From: an uncultured Rikenellaceae bacterium
GTDB taxonomy: Bacteria; Bacteroidota; Bacteroidia; Bacteroidales; Rikenellaceae
Assembly (NCBI GenBank): GCA_964371475.1
Contig: CAYJMA010000001.1
Coordinates: 2,999 to 66,998 of the forward strand
Reading direction: 5' to 3'
Length of the DNA: 64,000 nucleotides
Each line of letters begins with the position of its first letter. Positions within the stretch are counted from its first letter, which is position 1. The translations under genes and the position numbers were made by a program. This document shows positions 59,031 to 64,000 of this stretch, piece by piece. The notes beneath the pieces are model-generated. The model was given only the letters and a program-made list of their open reading frames with translations, did not search any database and was not told the origin of the DNA.

Positions 59031-61439
59031 TTATGAATTGCGCAGAACATTGATAGGGTTTTGAGTTGTAGCTTTGTAGGTTTGCATAATTACAGTTCCT
59101 GCGACAATTGTTGCCACAATTGCCACTGCAACGACAAATACCCAGAGGTAGAGTTCGGTGCGATATGCATAGCTCTCCAGCCACCACAAAATTCCATACC
59201 ACGACAGTGGAATTGCGATCACTGCACTAAGTGCAACGACCAATAAATATCCTTTGAGCATCTTGACAAGGAGTTGCGATATGGATGATCCATAGACCTT
59301 GCGCAGTGCTATTTCCTTGCGCCGATGGAAGGTCTCAAAGATCACCATACCAAAGACACCGACCAGAGAGATCATCACCGCTATGGCAGCAAATAGAGTT
59401 ATAAGCAAGCTGGTGTTTTGCTCCTTGTGGTAGATCGTCTGGAGTTGTTCGTCAAAGAACCTCGCCTCGATTGTTTCAGGATTACGCTCGGGTGATAATT
59501 CCTTAATTACACGCTCGATGTACTCCATAGTCTGGGCAATGTTCGCCCCGGGGGCAATACGCACGTAAACCGTACTGGGAGCTCTCCACCCATCGCTACC
59601 AAACTCATAGAGGCACATTGGCTCAACCTCGCTCTGAAGTGAACGGAAGTTAAAATCCTTGACAATACCCACCACATCGGCAGGCTCGTCTGCGTGCCCC
59701 ATGAATGTGTCGCCCACGTTTATGTTGTACTTTTTGGCGGCAGTTTCGTTGAAAATCACCGTGCCATTGATTTTGGTAGCATCCGTCTCTATAAAAGTTC
59801 GCCCCTCTACAATCTCCATACCCATAAGCTCGGGATAGTTCCACGACGAGGGGAATGAGTATACTGTTGCAGATTCACCATTTATATTTCGCCCCCAGCG
59901 CATACCAAAGTCCATTAAGTTGCCATCTCCAAACGCCACGTCCTCGATGGCGCTATTCTCCTTCAGGCGGTTTTTGAGCGTGGTGGGGTCATTTGCGAGC
60001 ACACCGACATCTGCTGTGGCAATTCTATCTCGCTTAAAGCCATAGTCGTAATTCATCATATAGTTGTTTTGGATCACCACGAATAGCGAGGCTATAATCA
60101 GTGATATCGAGATCACAAACTGAAAGGAGGTAAGCACCGCACGATACCTTTGCCCTCGCTTACTACGCCCAAAAGAGCCTTTGAGAGTAAGCGTTGGCGG
60201 AAACTTGGTGATGTAAAAGGCTGGGAAAAGTCCAGAGAATATGCCTACTGCCACGGCAAATCCCAACGAGCAAGCTATTATTGCGATATTGTCTCCAAAG
60301 GCAAGCGAAGAGCTAACCAGCTCTGCTATAAAACTCCCCGAGAGTAGGTAGAAGATAAGCAGTGATAGGGAGAAGGAGAGTAGCATAATGCCCACAGCTT
60401 CGCCTATGATGTTGGCGCGGAGTGCCGCCACTGGTGCACCAAAGACCTTGTTGATGTTTACAGCACGGATACGTACCGGTACGAGCACCATAAAGAAGTT
60501 TATGTAGTTTATAACCGCAATGATTACAATAAGTAGCGCAATGAGTAGTAGCGTGAGCGAGAGGGTGCTATTACCCAAGTAGAGCCCGCTAAGCTCGCCG
60601 CCGAAGTAGGTATCCAGAAGCGGAATATAGCTCAAATATCCCTCCGTTACGCTCTCCATCTCCTTGTCTAAATCTTCCTTGCTGACACCATAACGGTTGA
60701 CTATCAGCTCCACGAGGTTGGGCGTAACTGCCTCTGCCACAGCCTCGGGAGATACCCCCTTTCGTAGCTTTACAAGGTAGAGGTAGCTCCACTCGCTGGT
60801 GCTCTCCAAGCCCATATCCCAAATGTCGACAAGCACGGGATTTTCCGCCTCCTTGCCGCCCAAGAGTGTGTTGTCTGGCATATCCTCATATATTGCCACC
60901 ACCTCGTAGCTATTTTTTCCCTCCTTTATGATCTTTCCCATTGCGCTTAGGTACTCATCGCCAAGCATAGCACGCGCCATACTAAGGGGGATAGCCGCGG
61001 CATCTGCCTTTTCGATAGCTGCAAAATTACCGCTTACGATTTCGAGGTTCATCACCTCTGCAAAGGCAGGCGATACATAAGCAGTGGAGCGTGAGAGGAT
61101 TTTGTCGTTCCCATCAACGGTGAAATCCCTCGGCCAATACACCCAAATAGGACTATATGCCTCCACCTCGGGCGTGCTGGTGCAAATCACCTCGGCAAAG
61201 GGACGAGCAACAAAGGTAGCATAGCCGTCGTCGCCAAAACCAGATAGTTTGTTGTGAATACCCACGATGTGTACCTGCCCTTCGGGGTCGTGCGCACGGT
61301 TAAAGGTGTGCTCCCACCAAAGCTGCGAGCCAATAATCATAAGAACCGCAAAGGCAACGGATAACCCCAAGATGTTAAGCAACGATGCGATCCTAAAGCG
61401 AGTGAGCGTTACCCAAAAGTTTTTTAGAATGTTTTTCAT
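59031..61439 (-). CDS. FtsX/MacB-type ABC transporter permease (paralog)
   Basis: 802 aa. MKNILKNFWVTLTRFRIASLLNILGLS. The conserved block NINKVFGAPVAALRANII is shared with the downstream paralog. Confidence 0.88.
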   Translation of the reverse strand: MKNILKNFWVTLTRFRIASLLNILGLSVAFAVLMIIGSQLWWEHTFNRAHDPEGQVHIVGIHNKLSGFGDDGYATFVARPFAEVICTSTPEVEAYSPIWVYWPRDFTVDGNDKILSRSTAYVSPAFAEVMNLEIVSGNFAAIEKADAAAIPLSMARAMLGDEYLSAMGKIIKEGKNSYEVVAIYEDMPDNTLLGGKEAENPVLVDIWDMGLESTSEWSYLYLVKLRKGVSPEAVAEAVTPNLVELIVNRYGVSKEDLDKEMESVTEGYLSYIPLLDTYFGGELSGLYLGNSTLSLTLLLIALLIVIIAVINYINFFMVLVPVRIRAVNINKVFGAPVAALRANIIGEAVGIMLLSFSLSLLIFYLLSGSFIAELVSSSLAFGDNIAIIACSLGFAVAVGIFSGLFPAFYITKFPPTLTLKGSFGRSKRGQRYRAVLTSFQFVISISLIIASLFVVIQNNYMMNYDYGFKRDRIATADVGVLANDPTTLKNRLKENSAIEDVAFGDGNLMDFGMRWGRNINGESATVYSFPSSWNYPELMGMEIVEGRTFIETDATKINGTVIFNETAAKKYNINVGDTFMGHADEPADVVGIVKDFNFRSLQSEVEPMCLYEFGSDGWRAPSTVYVRIAPGANIAQTMEYIERVIKELSPERNPETIEARFFDEQLQTIYHKEQNTSLLITLFAAIAVMISLVGVFGMVIFETFHRRKEIALRKVYGSSISQLLVKMLKGYLLVVALSAVIAIPLSWYGILWWLESYAYRTELYLWVFVVAVAIVATIVAGTVIMQTYKATTQNPINVLRNS

Positions 61440-61458
61440 ATATTTTTGTTGTTTATTT

Positions 61459-62703
61459 TTAGTTTAGTGTAATAACCTCGCTGTCGCCAAAGCTCTGGTA
61501 GGAGCTAATGATGACCTTTTCTCCAGCCTCAAGTCCTTCTGTAACCTCGTAGTGTTGAGGGTTTTGACGGCTGATCTTAATCGTGCGTTTGACTGCCTTG
61601 TCGCCCTCCACGACATAGATCCACTGACCGCCCGTGGTTTGAAAGAACCCACCGCGAGGGATAATAATAGCCTCGGTCGGTTGCCCAAGCTCAAGGTTAA
61701 CGTAGTAGGTCTGCCCCGTGCGAATGTTCTCGGGCCGCGCGCCGCTAAAGGTCAACCACGTGCGAAACTTACCATCTCGAACCTCAGGAAAAACTCGACT
61801 CACCTGCAACTCATACCGCTCACCACCTCGCTCAAAGGTAGCACTAAGACCTCGACTTACTCTATCTATGTAGTGCTCATCAATTAGAGCCTCGATCTTA
61901 AAGTCGCTAAGGTCGTTGATCTGCCCCAACTTCTGACCCGATACAATAGATTGACCCAACACAACATCCAACTGACCAAGCTCACCATCAATTATCGAAC
62001 GCACGTTGAGATTCTCCACACGCTGACGTACAAGCTCCATATTACGCTGCATCGACACGAGGTTCTGCTCCAAATTCCCCACCTGCAACTCCCGAAATAT
62101 AGAATCCTGCTTCTCACGCTCACGCAACAGTGCACCATTCTTTACCGAATACTCATAATCCTCCTTCGCCACCAAGTACTCCTCCTCGGATATCAATGCC
62201 TCTTCCCATAGTGCCATATTTTGCTCATACTTCCTGCCCTTGCGAGCAATCTCCATATCGACAAGCAACATCTCACGGCGAATACTCAGCTTCTCTTGCT
62301 CCATCTGCACACGGGTGTTGCGAAGGAAGTTCTCCTTCTCGGCAAGAGATGCCTCGCTCTCAAGAATCTGAATGTTGAGTTGAGGGTTGCTCAGTCGCAG
62401 TATCACATCGCCCTTGGCAACTGTCGAACCCTCCTCAATGATGCGCTCCTCGACAATACCCCCCTCAAGAGGTGTTACCTGAACCACTGTTATCGGAGTA
62501 ACCGAACCGTTAACTCGCACAAAATCATTAAACTCACCACGCTCAACACTTGCTATGGTAACCATATCACCGTCAACTCGCAGCGATGCCCTATGGTCGC
62601 CAAATATAAACCACGCACCAAGTGAAACTACAATTAGTGCAACTACTCCCCAACCGATGTGCTTCTTGCGAAACGGTGTCTTGTGTTCAATCTTTCTATC
62701 CAT
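61459..62703 (-). CDS. HlyD-family efflux periplasmic adaptor
   Basis: 414 aa. N-terminal TM, lipoyl-like hairpin (GDVILRLSNPQL), long coiled coil and a beta-barrel C-terminus. Confidence 0.85.
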   Translation of the reverse strand: MDRKIEHKTPFRKKHIGWGVVALIVVSLGAWFIFGDHRASLRVDGDMVTIASVERGEFNDFVRVNGSVTPITVVQVTPLEGGIVEERIIEEGSTVAKGDVILRLSNPQLNIQILESEASLAEKENFLRNTRVQMEQEKLSIRREMLLVDMEIARKGRKYEQNMALWEEALISEEEYLVAKEDYEYSVKNGALLREREKQDSIFRELQVGNLEQNLVSMQRNMELVRQRVENLNVRSIIDGELGQLDVVLGQSIVSGQKLGQINDLSDFKIEALIDEHYIDRVSRGLSATFERGGERYELQVSRVFPEVRDGKFRTWLTFSGARPENIRTGQTYYVNLELGQPTEAIIIPRGGFFQTTGGQWIYVVEGDKAVKRTIKISRQNPQHYEVTEGLEAGEKVIISSYQSFGDSEVITLN

Positions 62704-62877
62704 TTTTGTTTTTTATTTTACTTGTAATTCTCTCTCTCTCTCTGTACTTGGTAGTGTGCCAAAGGCGTGCCACTATTGTTTTTTAACTCATTATCAATTA
62801 TTTAGCCCTATCAAGGCTCTTTGTATATGTCTAAAAATTAGACACAGAGTGTATTATTATTTGACACTCCGGTCAAC

Positions 62878-64000
62878 CTACACCTTGCCGATTAGACGTA
62901 CGTACTCACGACGTGCAATTCGCCGAGTATTGTAGTATATCACCAAAAATATAATCAAGCCAACCATAACAGTACCACTCACTATCAACCACCAACTAAG
63001 CTCAATGCCGTGTGGAAGTATCGAGATGAGAGTCGAAAGGATGTAATACCCACCAATCGTGGCAAATACCGCTGCAATGCCCGATACGATAAAGAGTCGC
63101 TTGCCTACGAGCATCACAATGTTTGCAATCGATGCACCATAGGTGCGACGTATGACGATCTGGCGTTGACGAGCCTTGATCTCGGTCGAAATGTAGCTTA
63201 CAACACCAATAAATGTGGTGATAATCAGTATCAGAGCCCCTACACCTATACCATCTCGAACTTCGCGAATCTCGATGTTCATACCCTCTATGTCTTGTTC
63301 ATAGGTCGTTGCCTCAAACTTCTTGGTGGGGTGGAGTCGATCTGTTATCTCCTGAATTTTAGCACGCACCTCACCGTTTGCTTCATCCACGCCTTTGATT
63401 ATCATAACATTGCGTTGCCAATCTACCTGAGCGTTGCGCTCAAAGATTACCATCGGAGTCAGCGGACTGTACACATTCTGTTTGATGTTCCTAAAGGTTC
63501 CAACAGCCCTGCCCGAGGTCTCAAAACCATAGGCGTCCTGCTGAAGAGTCGTTCCCAAAACATCGAGCAGATGCTCATTGACCAAAGGATCTTCATAGCT
63601 CATCATAGAGGCACTTCCCTCCAAGAGCTCAATACCCAGTAGGCTAAAGAAGTTTGAGTCGACTCTATTCTCCCTTGAGGAAAGCAACATCTCGCCACTC
63701 GCTCTACTATGCACGCCCATTCCGCTCCATCCCTCAATGAGCGGAGTGCTTATAATCGTTATGTCATCTATTTCGGGGAGTTGCATTATTTGGCTCTTGA
63801 GAGTTTGTGCCTCCTCCTCGCTTAGACTGTTGTAGATGTAGAGGGTGTAGAGTTTGTCGTGATTGTAGCCAAGGTCGAGGTTCATTGCGTGGCTATACTG
63901 TAGCCAAGCGCCGAGGGTGACCGTTATAACGGTCATAGCGGCCAACACCTCGGTAAAGAGTAAGACTTGTTTCCACCATAGATTAGTACTGCGTAGGTTG
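62878..64000 (-). CDS. FtsX/MacB-type ABC permease, C-terminal part (gene continues beyond the window edge)
   Basis: The reading frame stays open from 63948 to 64000 (..NLRSTNLWWKQVLLFTEVLAAMTV..). The C-terminal FtsX module is similar to the two paralogs. Confidence 0.8.
   Translation of the reverse strand, partial: NLRSTNLWWKQVLLFTEVLAAMTVITVTLGAWLQYSHAMNLDLGYNHDKLYTLYIYNSLSEEEAQTLKSQIMQLPEIDDITIISTPLIEGWSGMGVHSRASGEMLLSSRENRVDSNFFSLLGIELLEGSASMMSYEDPLVNEHLLDVLGTTLQQDAYGFETSGRAVGTFRNIKQNVYSPLTPMVIFERNAQVDWQRNVMIIKGVDEANGEVRAKIQEITDRLHPTKKFEATTYEQDIEGMNIEIREVRDGIGVGALILIITTFIGVVSYISTEIKARQRQIVIRRTYGASIANIVMLVGKRLFIVSGIAAVFATIGGYYILSTLISILPHGIELSWWLIVSGTVMVGLIIFLVIYYNTRRIARREYVRLIGKV

Overview
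This window is a chromosomal segment that looks Bacteroidota/Bacteroidales. Repeated TAnnTTTG -7 promoter boxes sit upstream of genes, there are many SpII/SpI signal peptides, a PPi-type phosphofructokinase and tandem FtsX/MacB permease paralogs. No rRNA, tRNA, CRISPR array, integrase or transposase was seen. Most of the window is housekeeping or core metabolism: feoAB, ahpCF, ppk1-ppx, ligA, dapA, dnaJ-grpE, surE, a U32 peptidase, a BamA/TamA-family OMP, fba-pfp, gmk, cdd, lysS, a Ca-ATPase, and an [FeFe]-hydrogenase-like gene with a 2Fe-2S partner. Three parts look accessory or uncharacterised. (1) 31-5489 holds five consecutive signal-peptide proteins with no recognisable enzymatic domains. 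(2) 46.2-49.8 kb is a small orphan polysaccharide module (Wzx, a GT-like protein, Wzz). (3) 50.1-55.9 kb is an AT-rich island and the most interesting region. A perfect 296-bp direct repeat, each copy carrying a canonical Bacteroides -33/-7 promoter, is placed in front of two minus-strand modules. One module is a glycine-zipper lipoprotein translationally coupled to a 76-aa two-TM protein, a candidate toxin/immunity or SlyB-like pair. The other encodes two lipoproteins, a predicted beta-barrel, an S41 peptidase and a decayed thioredoxin-like gene. Downstream of the island (56-64 kb) is a MacB-type efflux operon: HlyD adaptor, tandem FtsX permeases and an ATPase. All functional calls come from reading the translations and remembered family motifs. 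No searches were run.
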